Position numbers and translations under genes: made by a program. A stretch of DNA of 64,000 bases from an uncultured Acidobacteriota bacterium (GTDB lineage Bacteria > Acidobacteriota > Thermoanaerobaculia > UBA5066 > DATFVB01). The stretch is taken from assembly GCA_963813155.1 (NCBI GenBank), contig CAWEYG010000002.1, positions 800,001-864,000 on the forward strand, in the 5' to 3' direction. The stretch's first letter is position 1. Each line of letters starts with the position of its first letter. The notes beneath the pieces were generated by a model. It made no database searches. It had not been told where the DNA came from and worked only from the letters and a program-made list of their open reading frames with translations. This document shows positions 20,024-29,732 of the stretch, in pieces.

Positions 20024-20727
20024 ACGCCGCGGAGCTTTCCGAACGGGCGCGCCGGCTCCGCGGGCGGATCGCCCGGGCCTGCGAAAAGTCGGGCCGCGAC
20101 CCGGGGAGCGTCCGGATGATCGCGGTGACGAAGACTCACCCCGTAGAAACCGTCCGGGCCGCCGTCGCCGCCGGGTTGACCGAATTCGGCGAGAACCGGG
20201 TTCAGGAAGGGGCGTCGAAGATCGAGGCGCTCCGGGGGGAATTTCCAAGCCTTGCGTGGATTCTGATCGGAAGACTCCAGACGAACAAGGCCAAAACGGC
20301 GCTAAAATACTTCCAGGAGATTCAAAGCGTCGATCGGGATTCCCTGTTGGAGAAGATCGCACGCGAGGCGACCGCCCTGGCGACGGTCGTCCCGATTCTC
20401 CTGGAGGTCAACATCGGAGCTCAGGAATCGAAGGGAGGAGTCGAGCCGGACGCGTGCGGGGCGCTGCTCGCGAAGGCGCTGGCCTTCCCCTCGGTGCGGG
20501 TCCGGGGCCTGATGGCGGTGCCGCCTCCGCGCGAGAACCCCGAAGATGCCCGCCCGTCGTTTCGCGAGCTGCGCGGCCTTCGCGATCGCCTCCAGCAGGA
20601 ATCCTCCGCTGCGCTTCCCGAGCTCTCGATGGGGATGAGCCACGACTTCGAAGTCGCGGTCGAAGAGGGCGCCACGCAGGTCCGGATCGGGACGGCGTTG
20701 TTCGGCGAGCGCGGTGCCATTCCATGA
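20020..20727 (+). CDS. yggS: PLP homeostasis protein YggS
   Basis: IAVTKT, FGENRVQE, LQTNK, LSMGMSHDF, VRIGTALFG. Confidence 0.95.
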   Translation: MNAAELSERARRLRGRIARACEKSGRDPGSVRMIAVTKTHPVETVRAAVAAGLTEFGENRVQEGASKIEALRGEFPSLAWILIGRLQTNKAKTALKYFQEIQSVDRDSLLEKIAREATALATVVPILLEVNIGAQESKGGVEPDACGALLAKALAFPSVRVRGLMAVPPPRENPEDARPSFRELRGLRDRLQQESSAALPELSMGMSHDFEVAVEEGATQVRIGTALFGERGAIP

Positions 20728-21014
20728 CGCTGCTCGGAGGCGTCGTCGAGGCGGTCGGAATCCTGCTCACGATGCTGCAATGGCTGATCATCGCGGCCGC
20801 GCTCGTGACGTGGGTCTCTCCCGATCCTCGCAATCCGATCGTGCAGTTCCTGTTCCGTTCGACGGAGTGGATCCTGCGTCCCTGCCGAAAGATCCTGCCG
20901 CCCCGCTGGACGGGAGGAATCGATTTCTCCCCGATCCTCGCCATTCTCCTGATCGTCGTCGTGAAGCAGCTCGTCATCGGGTTGTTGCTCGGAGCCCCGG
21001 TCCGTTTGTTCTAA
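20724..21014 (+). CDS. yggT: YggT family membrane protein
   Basis: WVSPDPRNPIVQFL..TEWIL..GIDFSPILAI. Confidence 0.92.
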   Translation: MTLLGGVVEAVGILLTMLQWLIIAAALVTWVSPDPRNPIVQFLFRSTEWILRPCRKILPPRWTGGIDFSPILAILLIVVVKQLVIGLLLGAPVRLF

Positions 21015-21023
21015 GGAGGCTGT

Positions 21024-21536
21024 ATGAACGCCAAGATCACCGCGGTCGAGATCCAGAAGCGCGATTTTCCGATTGCCCGCAAGGGCTATCCGCCCGAGGC
21101 GGTGCGCGGATTTCTGAATTCCGTGGCCGAAGACTTTCAATCGCTCGTCCGCGAGAATTCCGAGCTCGAGACGCGGCTTCGCCGCCTCGAAGAGGAGAAC
21201 CTCGAGCACCGCGACCGGGAGCGGATCCTCAAGGAGACGCTTCTTTCCGCGCAGCGGATTTCCGAAGAGATGAAGTCCAATGCCCGCCGCGAGGCGGAAA
21301 TCGTCCTGCGCCAGGCCGAGATGGCCGGCCAGCAGCTGACGACCGAAGCGCTGCAGCAGTCGGCGAAGGTCGAAAGAGCGATCCGCGACCTGAAACTCCA
21401 GCGGGCGAACTTCCGCCTCAAGCTGAAGTCCATGCTCGAGATGTTCCAGACCGTCCTGGATTTCGACGAGGAAGAGGACGAGAAGACGTCCTCGGTCTCG
21501 TACCTCGTGCGGCCGCAGGACACGAATGCCGGGTAG
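21024..21536 (+). CDS. DivIVA domain protein
   Basis: ITAVEIQKRDFPIARKGY..VRGFL followed by coiled coil; yggS-yggT synteny. Confidence 0.9.
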   Translation: MNAKITAVEIQKRDFPIARKGYPPEAVRGFLNSVAEDFQSLVRENSELETRLRRLEEENLEHRDRERILKETLLSAQRISEEMKSNARREAEIVLRQAEMAGQQLTTEALQQSAKVERAIRDLKLQRANFRLKLKSMLEMFQTVLDFDEEEDEKTSSVSYLVRPQDTNAG

Positions 21537-22797
21537 TCCCGGAATTCAAACCCCCCGTTCGCTCGAAATCCGGAACCTCGCCTCCCTCGCGACGCCGCGG
21601 GGCGATCGCGCCCGATCCGGAAGAGCTCAGGGGGAGATCTTCGTCCTGTCCAACGCCGCGGTGCGCTGCGAGGAAGGGCGAATCGCGTTCGTCGGAACGG
21701 AGAGCGAGTTGTCCGCCGGCCGGTTTCCGAAGGCGGAAGTCGAGATCGACGGCGCCGGCAAGACCCTCCTTCCCGGTTTCGTGGACGCGCACACCCATCC
21801 CGTCTGGGCGGGCGACCGCGCGTCCGAGTTCGCGCGCCGTCTCGCGGGCGAGTCGTACGAGGCCGTCGCGGCGTCCGGCGGGGGGATCGCGGCGACCGTC
21901 GCCGCGACGCGACGCGCCAGCCGAAGCGAGCTCTCGGCGCTCGCGCTTTCCCGGCTCGCGCGAATGGCGCAGAGCGGGACGACGACGGCCGAGTGCAAGT
22001 CGGGCTACGCGCTCGACGCCGACGGAGAGATCGGCGCCCTCGAGCTGCTCCGGGACCTCCGGCCCGATTCGCCGGTCCGGATCGTCCCGACGCTCCTCGC
22101 CGCGCACGAAATTCCGCCGGAATACCGGTCGAACCGCCGCGAATGGGTCCGCCGGATCGTCGAGGAGATCGTTCCCCGCGCCGCGAAGGGGCGTCTCGCG
22201 GAATTCTGCGACGTCTTTTGCGAAGACGGCTATTTCACCGTCGAGGAATCCCGCGAGATTCTCTCCGCCGCGGCGCTCGCCGGCCTCGCGCTCCGGATCC
22301 ATGCGGACGAGCTCGCGCTCTCGGGCGGGGCTCGTCTCGCGGCGGAGCTATCGGCCGCGTCGGCCGACCACCTCCTCTTCATTGGCGAACCGGAGATCGC
22401 CGCGCTCCGGACCTCCGGCACCGTCGCGACGCTCCTTCCCGGGACCGCGTGGTGGTTGCGCTCGCGCCGGGCTCCGGCGCGGGCGCTCCTCGAAGCGGGA
22501 GTTCCGGTCGCCGTCGCGACCGACGCGAATCCCGGCTCGTGCAACACCGAATCGCTGCCGGCCGTGGCTGCCCACGCGTGCCTCGATTACGGGATGACGG
22601 TCGAGGAGACGCTGACGGCGATCACCCTCAACGGGGCGGCGTCGCTGAAGAAGGCGGCCGACCGCGGCTCGATCGAGGTCGGAAAATCCGCCGACCTGGC
22701 GTTGATCGACGCTCCCGACTACCGCCACCTCATTTATCATTGGGGCATCTCCCTGGTTACGCACACGGTCGTGAAAGGAAGCGTCCATGAGTTTTGA
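21526..22797 (+). CDS. hutI: Imidazolonepropionase
   Basis: PGFVDAHTH, GTTTAECKSGY, FCDVFCE, IHADEL, ATDANPGS. Confidence 0.93.
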   Translation: MPGSPGIQTPRSLEIRNLASLATPRGDRARSGRAQGEIFVLSNAAVRCEEGRIAFVGTESELSAGRFPKAEVEIDGAGKTLLPGFVDAHTHPVWAGDRASEFARRLAGESYEAVAASGGGIAATVAATRRASRSELSALALSRLARMAQSGTTTAECKSGYALDADGEIGALELLRDLRPDSPVRIVPTLLAAHEIPPEYRSNRREWVRRIVEEIVPRAAKGRLAEFCDVFCEDGYFTVEESREILSAAALAGLALRIHADELALSGGARLAAELSAASADHLLFIGEPEIAALRTSGTVATLLPGTAWWLRSRRAPARALLEAGVPVAVATDANPGSCNTESLPAVAAHACLDYGMTVEETLTAITLNGAASLKKAADRGSIEVGKSADLALIDAPDYRHLIYHWGISLVTHTVVKGSVHEF

Positions 22798-23419
22798 ACG
22801 GCAGTCGATCGCCGACTTCTGCGCGGCGCTCGCGTCCTCCGACCCGACTCCCGGCGGCGGAACGGCGTCGGCGGCGGCGGGCGCTGTCGGGGCGTCGCTC
22901 GTCTCGATGGTGATCGCGCTCACGCTCTCGAAGGAGAAGTACCGCGCGGCCGAGCCGGATCTGGCCCCGATCGCCGCCGAGGCGGAGGCCGCCGGAAAGA
23001 GGCTGCGCGCGCTCATGCAGGAGGACGCCGACGCCTACGACGGAATGGTCGCGGCGCGAAAGCTTCCGAAGGAGACCGACGAGGAAAAAGAGACGAGAAG
23101 GCAGGCGATGGCGGCCGCGGCTCGGCGCGCGACCGAGGTGCCGATGGAGACCGCCCGGGTCGCGGCGGGAGTCCTCTCCCGGGTGCCGCTCGTCGCGGAG
23201 AAGGGCAACCCGAACGCCTCCTCGGACGCGGGCGTCGCGGCGCTGCTCCTCTCGGCGGCGGCCGAAGGCGCGTTGCTGAACGTCGGCATCAACCTGACTT
23301 CGATCGACGACGCGGCGTTCGTCGGCGAGATGGAGAAGGAAACCGCCCGAATTCAAAGCGACGTCGAGAGGTGGAGCGCGCAGGTCATCGCGCTCGTCCG
23401 GAAGTCGTTCAAGAAGTGA
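22787..23419 (+). CDS. Cyclodeaminase/cyclohydrolase family protein (FTCD C-terminal domain)
   Basis: LASSDPTPGGG, KGNPNASSDA, LNVGINL. Confidence 0.9.
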   Translation: MSFERQSIADFCAALASSDPTPGGGTASAAAGAVGASLVSMVIALTLSKEKYRAAEPDLAPIAAEAEAAGKRLRALMQEDADAYDGMVAARKLPKETDEEKETRRQAMAAAARRATEVPMETARVAAGVLSRVPLVAEKGNPNASSDAGVAALLLSAAAEGALLNVGINLTSIDDAAFVGEMEKETARIQSDVERWSAQVIALVRKSFKK

Positions 23420-23432
23420 GGAACGCTCCGGT

Positions 23433-23624
23433 CTAGCCGCCGCTCCCCTTCCCCGACTTCTCCAGCTCCTCGCGCGCCTTCTCGACCGTCGAGCGGGCCT
23501 TGCGCATCGCGTCGATCGAGAGGAGGCGGCTCTTTTCGAACGCCGTACGGCCCAGCGCGAACAGCGATTCGCCGAGCAGCCTCAACTCTTCCGCCACCGT
23601 TTCTTTTTTTCCCGGGTCTTCCAT
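23433..23624 (-). CDS. Small helical hypothetical protein
   Basis: 63 aa MEDPGKKETVAEEL...; GGAGG RBS upstream. Confidence 0.6.
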   Translation of the reverse strand: MEDPGKKETVAEELRLLGESLFALGRTAFEKSRLLSIDAMRKARSTVEKAREELEKSGKGSGG

Positions 23625-23638
23625 GACGACCTCCGGAC

Positions 23639-24466
23639 TCAGAACGATTTCTTTTCGCGCTTCGAGAAGAACGTCGCCGGAAAAGCGCGCTGAAAGTAGT
23701 CGAACACCGCGGTCACCTGCCGGTTGTCGCCGTTTTCCCACCCGGTGTCGCGGAAGGACCATTCGTCTCCCGAATACGTCCGGAAGCTGAGCTCGAGGCA
23801 GAGATTCTCGCCCGCGCGGGGCGCGCAGTTCATCCACATCTCCTTGATGTTTTTTTCCGTCATCGAAAAATTGTCGTCTTCGTTGGTCATCTGATACCAG
23901 TTGACCCTCTCGCCGTCGATCACGAGCTTGCCGACCGCCTTGTTCTTCGAGCCGCCGACCCCGAGGATTCCGCGCCTCTGCCGCACGAGCCCGTCGAACT
24001 CGGCGTGCCGGGCGACCGGTTGCGTCGAAACCGCCGCGACGGACGCGGCCCCGCCCGGGCCGGAATGCAACATCGCGTCGATGAGGGGTTCGGAGAGCCC
24101 GGCCTGTCGCAGGGCGATCAGGTCGTCGATCGAGAGGCGGTAGTTTCCGTTCTCGTTGCGCACCTTGTTCAACAGAAAGTCCTCGCTGTAGCCGGCGTCT
24201 TTCAGGCGCAGGATCTCCCGCGCGGCCGGAGAGAGCGGGGAGACGGCGGTGCCTGCCGGGGGAGACACGGCCGTCGCGGTGTCGATGGCCGCCGGCTGCG
24301 CGCCGGGAGCGCCCGACTCCGGGGTGACCGGAATCGCGGGCGGCGGGACCGGCGCCGGCGCGGCCGACGGCGGAGGGAGCGGCGGCGGGGCCGCGTAGCG
24401 GTGCGACGAAGAGCACCCGAGGAAAAGCAGCGTCGCGCCGACGACAGAGAGGGATCGCAGTTTCAT
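23639..24466 (-). CDS. Hypothetical lipoprotein
   Basis: Lipobox FLGC, Pro/Ala linker, LKDAGYSE/LRQAGLSE helical repeat, beta-rich C-terminal domain. Confidence 0.8.
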   Translation of the reverse strand: MKLRSLSVVGATLLFLGCSSSHRYAAPPPLPPPSAAPAPVPPPAIPVTPESGAPGAQPAAIDTATAVSPPAGTAVSPLSPAAREILRLKDAGYSEDFLLNKVRNENGNYRLSIDDLIALRQAGLSEPLIDAMLHSGPGGAASVAAVSTQPVARHAEFDGLVRQRRGILGVGGSKNKAVGKLVIDGERVNWYQMTNEDDNFSMTEKNIKEMWMNCAPRAGENLCLELSFRTYSGDEWSFRDTGWENGDNRQVTAVFDYFQRAFPATFFSKREKKSF

Positions 24467-24487
24467 TTTTCGCTCCTGAGCCGGATT

Positions 24488-25051
24488 TTACACCCGGCTG
24501 TCCCAAAGCAAATCGGGGCTGCCGCGGCGATGGTTTTCGTATCTCGCCATCACGAACAGGGCGTCGGAAAGGCGATTGAGGTACGGGAGGACGAAGGGCC
24601 CGACCGCTTCCGAGCGGGAGAGACGCAGCGTCGCTCTCTCCGCGCGCCGGCAGACGGTTCGCGCGACGTGCAGGGCGGCGGCGCCCGGGCTCCCTCCCGG
24701 AAGGATGAAGTTCTCGAGCGGCGAAAGATCGGCCGACATCTCGTCCATGAGCTTCTCGAGCGCCGAAACGTGGCGCGATTCGATCTTCGGAGCCGGCAGC
24801 CGGGCCTTGTCTTCCTCGAGGAAGCACAGGTCGGAACCGAGATGGAAGAGCTCGTTCTGGATCGCCGCGAGCGCGGCCGAGAGCTTCGGGTCGAGGCCCG
24901 CCGAACGGGCCGCGCCGATCAGCGAATTGAGCTCGTCGACCGTTCCGAACGCCTCGATCCGGGCCGAATCCTTCGGGACGCGCTGGCCCCCGCCGAGTCC
25001 CGTCGTCCCGTCGTCGCCGGTTCGCGTGTAGACCTTCGTGATGCGGGGCAT
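24488..25051 (-). CDS. pduO: PduO-type ATP:cob(I)alamin adenosyltransferase
   Basis: [36 protein letters not shown]. Confidence 0.95.
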   Translation of the reverse strand: MPRITKVYTRTGDDGTTGLGGGQRVPKDSARIEAFGTVDELNSLIGAARSAGLDPKLSAALAAIQNELFHLGSDLCFLEEDKARLPAPKIESRHVSALEKLMDEMSADLSPLENFILPGGSPGAAALHVARTVCRRAERATLRLSRSEAVGPFVLPYLNRLSDALFVMARYENHRRGSPDLLWDSRV

Positions 25052-25072
25052 GAGCCGCAGTCTAATTCATGG

Positions 25073-26927
25073 TCAGAACGCCGCGATCAATCCGCCCCAG
25101 ACTCTGCGCCTCCGGGCCGGAAAGCCGCTCGCCTCTTCGTAGCGGCGATCGCCCGCGTTCTCGACGGTCACGAAACGGCGAGAAACTCCCGAGCCGGTAC
25201 TCCGCGTGAAAATCGACGCGAACGTAGGAGGGGTCCTCGTCCGGCCCGAAAGGGAATACGGACTGAAAGTCCGGCCGGCGGCCCACGTAGATCATCGACG
25301 CCGATGCCAGCCAGGGACCACCGCTCCAGGACAGATCGAGAGCGCCGCGGTGGCGCGGACGGCGCACGAGCGGTTCTCCCGTGGTCTCGTCGATGGCGCG
25401 AAGGTAGGTGTAGGAAATCCGCCCGCGAAGGGGCCCCGCGATCGGAGCGGCGGCCGACGCCTCGACTCCTTCCGTCCGAGCCCGGCCGACGTTTCCGTTG
25501 GTCTGGCGAACGGGGTCGTACTGGATCAGGTCGCGAATGTCGTTGCGGAAGACGGCGACGTCGATTCGCGTCGGGCCGGCGGCGCGAGTCGCGCCGATCT
25601 CGTAACTCTTCGACCGCTCGGGGTCGAGATTCGGGTTGCCGAAGAAGGGGTAGTACAGCTCTCCGATCGACGGCGCGCGGAATGCCGTTCCGAACGAGGC
25701 CCGAACCGATGTGCTCGGATCGAGGCTCGCGACGAGCGAAACGCGGGGATTCGTCGAGGAGCCGAACACCGAGTGCCGGTCGAAGCGGATACCGGCCACG
25801 GCCCGCAGGCGGCCCCCGAAGAGAGCGAGCGAGTCTTCCGCCCCGATACCCCAGATCGCGGTCCTTCGATCGGAAATGACGGGCCCGAAGGCGCCGGAAG
25901 AGTCGACGGTCGACCGCTCGTAGGACGCCGTCCCCGACAGCGAGTTCGTCTCCGAGGACTTCCAGGTGTCGACGACGCGCGCGCCCTGGATTCGAGAATG
26001 CGTTTCGCTCTGGAAGAACCCGGAAGTGTCATCCGGGTCGACCGCCGTGGGGCGCAGCTCGACGTCCGAAAGCGAACCGAACAGCGAGTTGTCGGGGGAA
26101 GTCGCGGCGTGGATCGGAAGCGTCCAGGCGGTCTGGGCGAAATCGGTGAAACGGCGGGGCGTGGGCGAGCCGGAGTCGGAGGGAATTTCGCTGCGCGCGA
26201 ACATCCTTTCCACCTGGAGACCTGCCCGGACCCCGGGGGAAATCGCCCAGTCGAGCGCCGCGGAGCCGTTGCGGTCGCGCCATCCGTCGTTGTCGACCCG
26301 CGTCCCGGCGACCGTCTGCGGCTCGCCGTCATCACGGGCGTCGCGCCCGGAAATCGAAAACCCGAGAGGACCCGAGCCCGCGGTCGCGAAGAGCGTCTCG
26401 TCGTGGAACCCGCGGTTTCCCGCTGCGGCGGTCACGCGCCCCGCGGGCTGGGCGGACGGCGCCCGGCGAAGGATGGAGATGACTCCCCCGATCGCGTCGG
26501 AGCCGTAAAGGGCGGAGTAGGGCCCGCGAACGATCTCGATTCGTTCCACGTTCTGCGTCGAAAGCGCGGAAAAGTCGTAGCCGGAGAAATACGGGCTGTT
26601 GACCCGCACGCCGTCGATCAGCACGAGCGTCTGCGTCGAGTTCGTTCCGCGCAGAAAGACGCTCGTCACCTTCCCCGCGTCCCCGCTCTGGACCACGTCG
26701 ACGCCGGGAACGTCCCGAAGGAGCTCCAGGAGATCGGTCTTCCCGCTTTTCTCGATCTGGTCGCGGGTGATGACGGTGACGGAAGCGGAGAGGTTCGGAT
26801 CCGTCTCCGAAGAGAACGAGTCCGAAACGACGACGTTCTCGGCTACCGGGGGAATTCCCTGCGCGCCGGCGCGCACTGCCAGGCAGAGAATGGCAAAAAA
26901 CCGTGCAAAACGAAGAGTGGTGTCCAT
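25073..26927 (-). CDS. btuB: TonB-dependent cobalamin receptor (1-bp frameshift near 25174)
   Basis: Plug motif VERIEIVRGPYSALYGSDAIGGVI; cobalamin riboswitch upstream; removing one base at 25173-25175 restores ...VENAGDRRYEEASGFP...GGLIAAF* with terminal Phe. Confidence 0.88.
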
Positions 26928-26962
26928 CGAAGCCTCCCGCTCGACGAAACATCGCAACTTCT

Positions 26963-27147
26963 CTTCGGCAGGTCTCCTGACTTCCGGATCGGCCGCATCG
27001 CGCCCCTTCCCAAACGTGGAACTTGCATCCCGGCGTTCAGTGGATCTGGCGCTTGCGTCCCCGGTTACAGTGGCGGGAGCCGTGCGGGTTTTTCACCCGC
27101 TTCCCTTTTCACCCTCCCCCGGGGATTCGGGGGCAGGGCACCGAAGA
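26963..27147 (-). ncRNA. Cobalamin (B12) riboswitch
   Basis: Minus strand: CTTCGGTG...AAAAGGGAAGCGGGTGAAAAACCCG..CCCGCCACTGTAA...CCACTG...GGGAAGG...AAGTCAGGAGACCTGCCGAAG, directly upstream of btuB. Confidence 0.95.
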
Positions 27148-27176
27148 ATTCAAAGATCGCGAAGACGGGAAGGCTA

Positions 27177-28649
27177 TCACACGACAACGTGCAATCCGGC
27201 CCGCGAAGTCTTCGGGGCCGGGTCGTACGCGCGCCAGGCCCGGGCGAGCCGCCGGACGCCGTCGCGGATCTGCTGCGGCTCGAGGCAGAACGGAAGGCGG
27301 AGATATTCCGAGCAGCCTCCCGTCGGCGAGCAGGTCGAGCCTGGAAGAATCGCGACGCCGTGGCGCAGCGCGATCGGCGCGAACTCGTCCGCGTCCCCGT
27401 GCGGAAGCCGGACCCAGATCGACAGGCCCCCGAGCGGTTTCTTCCACGTCCAGCCGGGCAGCTGCGCGGCGAGCTCCGACGCGAGAAGCTCGAAGCGCTC
27501 CTCGATCTGCTCGCGGCGGCGTTCCCGGATCGTCCGGGCCCGGCGCAGGAGCCGGACGGCGACCGCCTGCGAGATCGCCGAATTGCCGAGATCGCCCATC
27601 ACCTTCAGGTTCGACAGCGGGGCGAGCAGGGGCTCCGGAGCCCGGAGCCAGCCGACGCGCAATCCGCCCCAGATCAGTTTCGATAAGGACCCCACCGAGA
27701 TCACGCGGCCGCTCCGGGAAAACGCGGCGATCGGGGGAGGCGGTCTCCTTCCGAACGAGAGGTCCTCCAGGGTTCCGTCCTCGAGGATCGTCGTGCCGTG
27801 CTGATCCGCGATTCGCGCGATCTCGCGCCGGGCGTCCGGGGAAAGGACCGTTCCCACCGGGTTCTGGAACGTCGGCATCAGGTACAGGAGCCGCGGGGAG
27901 TCGCGCGCGAGGACCTCCGAAAGCCGGTCGATCCGCACACCCTCGTCTCCGACCGGGATCGGAATCAGCCTCGCGCCCGCGGAGGTGAACACGTCGATCG
28001 CGCCGAGGTAGGTCGGATCTTCGAGCGCGGCGCAGTCTCCGGAGCGCAGAAGAACGGCGGCCGCGAGGCCGATCGCCTGCTGGGCCCCGTGGGTGACGAG
28101 AATTTCGTCCGCTTTCGTCGGCAGGCCCGAGTCGGAGATGTGGGCGGCGATCGCCTCGCGAAGGGCCGGAAGTCCGAGCCCCGTATAGCCGTGGTGCCGC
28201 AGCAACGATTTCAGATCCCGCGCCGCTTCCTGGAACGCTTCTTCGAAGTCCGGGGAAATCGCGGGGAGATGCAGACCGAGGAACGAAATCGTCGAAGGGT
28301 TCGACTCGATCAGCCCGCGGAACGCCGTGTTGCGCCGGCTCGAAGCGGGAGAGCCCGAAGACGGCGCGGGGCCGGGCGACGCCGAGCGGCAAACGCGGGT
28401 TCCGCTTCCCTGAACGCTCTCGATCCATCCGTCGGCGCGGAGACTCTCGTACGCCCCCACGACGGTCGTCCTCGAAATGGAGAGGGCATCGGCGAGCTTG
28501 CGTTCGGCGGGAATGGTCGCGCCGACCGGAAGGCTACCCGACGAAACCTCCTCGCGGATCGCTTCCGCGAGCTTTCGGTACGCCGGGCCCGACCGAGACT
28601 GCCAGCTCCCGAGCCGGGACACGAATTCCCAAAGGTCGCCGTGCGCCAT
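27177..28649 (-). CDS. MocR-subfamily GntR regulator (wHTH plus PLP aminotransferase-like domain)
   Basis: PAERKLADALSISRTTV..AYE, GAQQA, PTFQNPVG, GSLSK..GLRVGW. Confidence 0.93.
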   Translation of the reverse strand: MAHGDLWEFVSRLGSWQSRSGPAYRKLAEAIREEVSSGSLPVGATIPAERKLADALSISRTTVVGAYESLRADGWIESVQGSGTRVCRSASPGPAPSSGSPASSRRNTAFRGLIESNPSTISFLGLHLPAISPDFEEAFQEAARDLKSLLRHHGYTGLGLPALREAIAAHISDSGLPTKADEILVTHGAQQAIGLAAAVLLRSGDCAALEDPTYLGAIDVFTSAGARLIPIPVGDEGVRIDRLSEVLARDSPRLLYLMPTFQNPVGTVLSPDARREIARIADQHGTTILEDGTLEDLSFGRRPPPPIAAFSRSGRVISVGSLSKLIWGGLRVGWLRAPEPLLAPLSNLKVMGDLGNSAISQAVAVRLLRRARTIRERRREQIEERFELLASELAAQLPGWTWKKPLGGLSIWVRLPHGDADEFAPIALRHGVAILPGSTCSPTGGCSEYLRLPFCLEPQQIRDGVRRLARAWRAYDPAPKTSRAGLHVVV

Positions 28650-28653
28650 CGAG

Positions 28654-28740
28654 GTCCAATGATACACAATTGGCACTTGCAATGGTATTCAATATTGGGA
28701 GAATAGCGGCAATGCGCGCGTATATTGGCTCTATTGGACT
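28654..28740. promoter_or_regulatory. Divergent promoter region with repeated ATTGG/CCAAT boxes, candidate MocR operator
   Basis: AT-rich stretch containing gtccaat, caattgg, caatattgg and attggctctattggact. Confidence 0.55.
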
Positions 28741-28757
28741 CTAAGTGGAGGTGACGG

Positions 28758-29732
28758 ATGGCTCTCCCGAAATTCGCATTCCTCGACGGACGGATCCTGC
28801 CCTATTCCGACGCGAAAGTGGGCCTCCTGACCCACGCGCTCAACTACGGCACGGGGTGCTTTGCCGGGATCCGCGCGTACTGGAGCGCGGATGAAAACGA
28901 GCTCTTCGTCTTTCGCCCCCACGATCACTTCGTCCGCTTCCTGGAATCCTCGAGGCTTCTCGCGATGCAGATTCCCTTTTCCGCCGGGGACCTCGCGGGC
29001 CGGCTGGTCGACCTGCTGAGGAAAGAAGAGCTGCGCGAGGACTGCTACATTCGGCCGCTCGCGTTTCTCTCCGAAGAGACGATCGGCGTGCGCCTGCACG
29101 GGCTGAAGAGCTCCGTGTCGATCGTCGCGTTTCCGTTCGGCAAATATCTCGACCGGCCGGAGGGAGCGCACCTGACGGTCTCTTCCTGGAGGCGGATCGA
29201 CGACAACGTGATTCCCCCGAGGGGAAAGATCACCGGCGGCTATGCGAACTCGGCCCTCGCGAAGACCGACGCGCAAAACGCCGGCTTCGACGACGCGATT
29301 CTCCTCGATTCGCAGGGGAAGGTCAGCGAGGCGACCGTGTCGAACGTCTTTCTCGTGCGGCGCGGCGAGGTCGTCACTCCCCGAACGACCGACAGCGTTC
29401 TGGAAGGAATCACGAGACGCACCGTCGCCACTCTCCTCGAGCGGGAGCTCGGGCGCCCGGTCGTCGAGCGGGCGATCGATCGTACCGAGCTGTTTCTCGC
29501 CGAGGAAGTGTTTCTCGCGGGAACGGGCGTCGAAATCATCCCGGTCACCCGCATCGATCACCGCCCGGTCGGCTCCGGGTCTCCGGGACCGATCACCGAA
29601 CAGATCCGAAAGACGTTCTTCGACGCCGTCCGGGGAAAGACGGCCCTCTATCGTTCCTGGTGCGAGCCGGTTTACTCGAGACCGGCCGCCGCGGCGGAGG
29701 CCGCGCCGTCCCTGGAGGCCGTGCGCGGATGA
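28758..29732 (+). CDS. ilvE: Branched-chain amino acid aminotransferase (class IV)
   Basis: HALNYGTGCF, YIRPL, KITGGY, LEGITR, EVFLAGTG. Confidence 0.9.
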   Translation: MALPKFAFLDGRILPYSDAKVGLLTHALNYGTGCFAGIRAYWSADENELFVFRPHDHFVRFLESSRLLAMQIPFSAGDLAGRLVDLLRKEELREDCYIRPLAFLSEETIGVRLHGLKSSVSIVAFPFGKYLDRPEGAHLTVSSWRRIDDNVIPPRGKITGGYANSALAKTDAQNAGFDDAILLDSQGKVSEATVSNVFLVRRGEVVTPRTTDSVLEGITRRTVATLLERELGRPVVERAIDRTELFLAEEVFLAGTGVEIIPVTRIDHRPVGSGSPGPITEQIRKTFFDAVRGKTALYRSWCEPVYSRPAAAAEAAPSLEAVRG

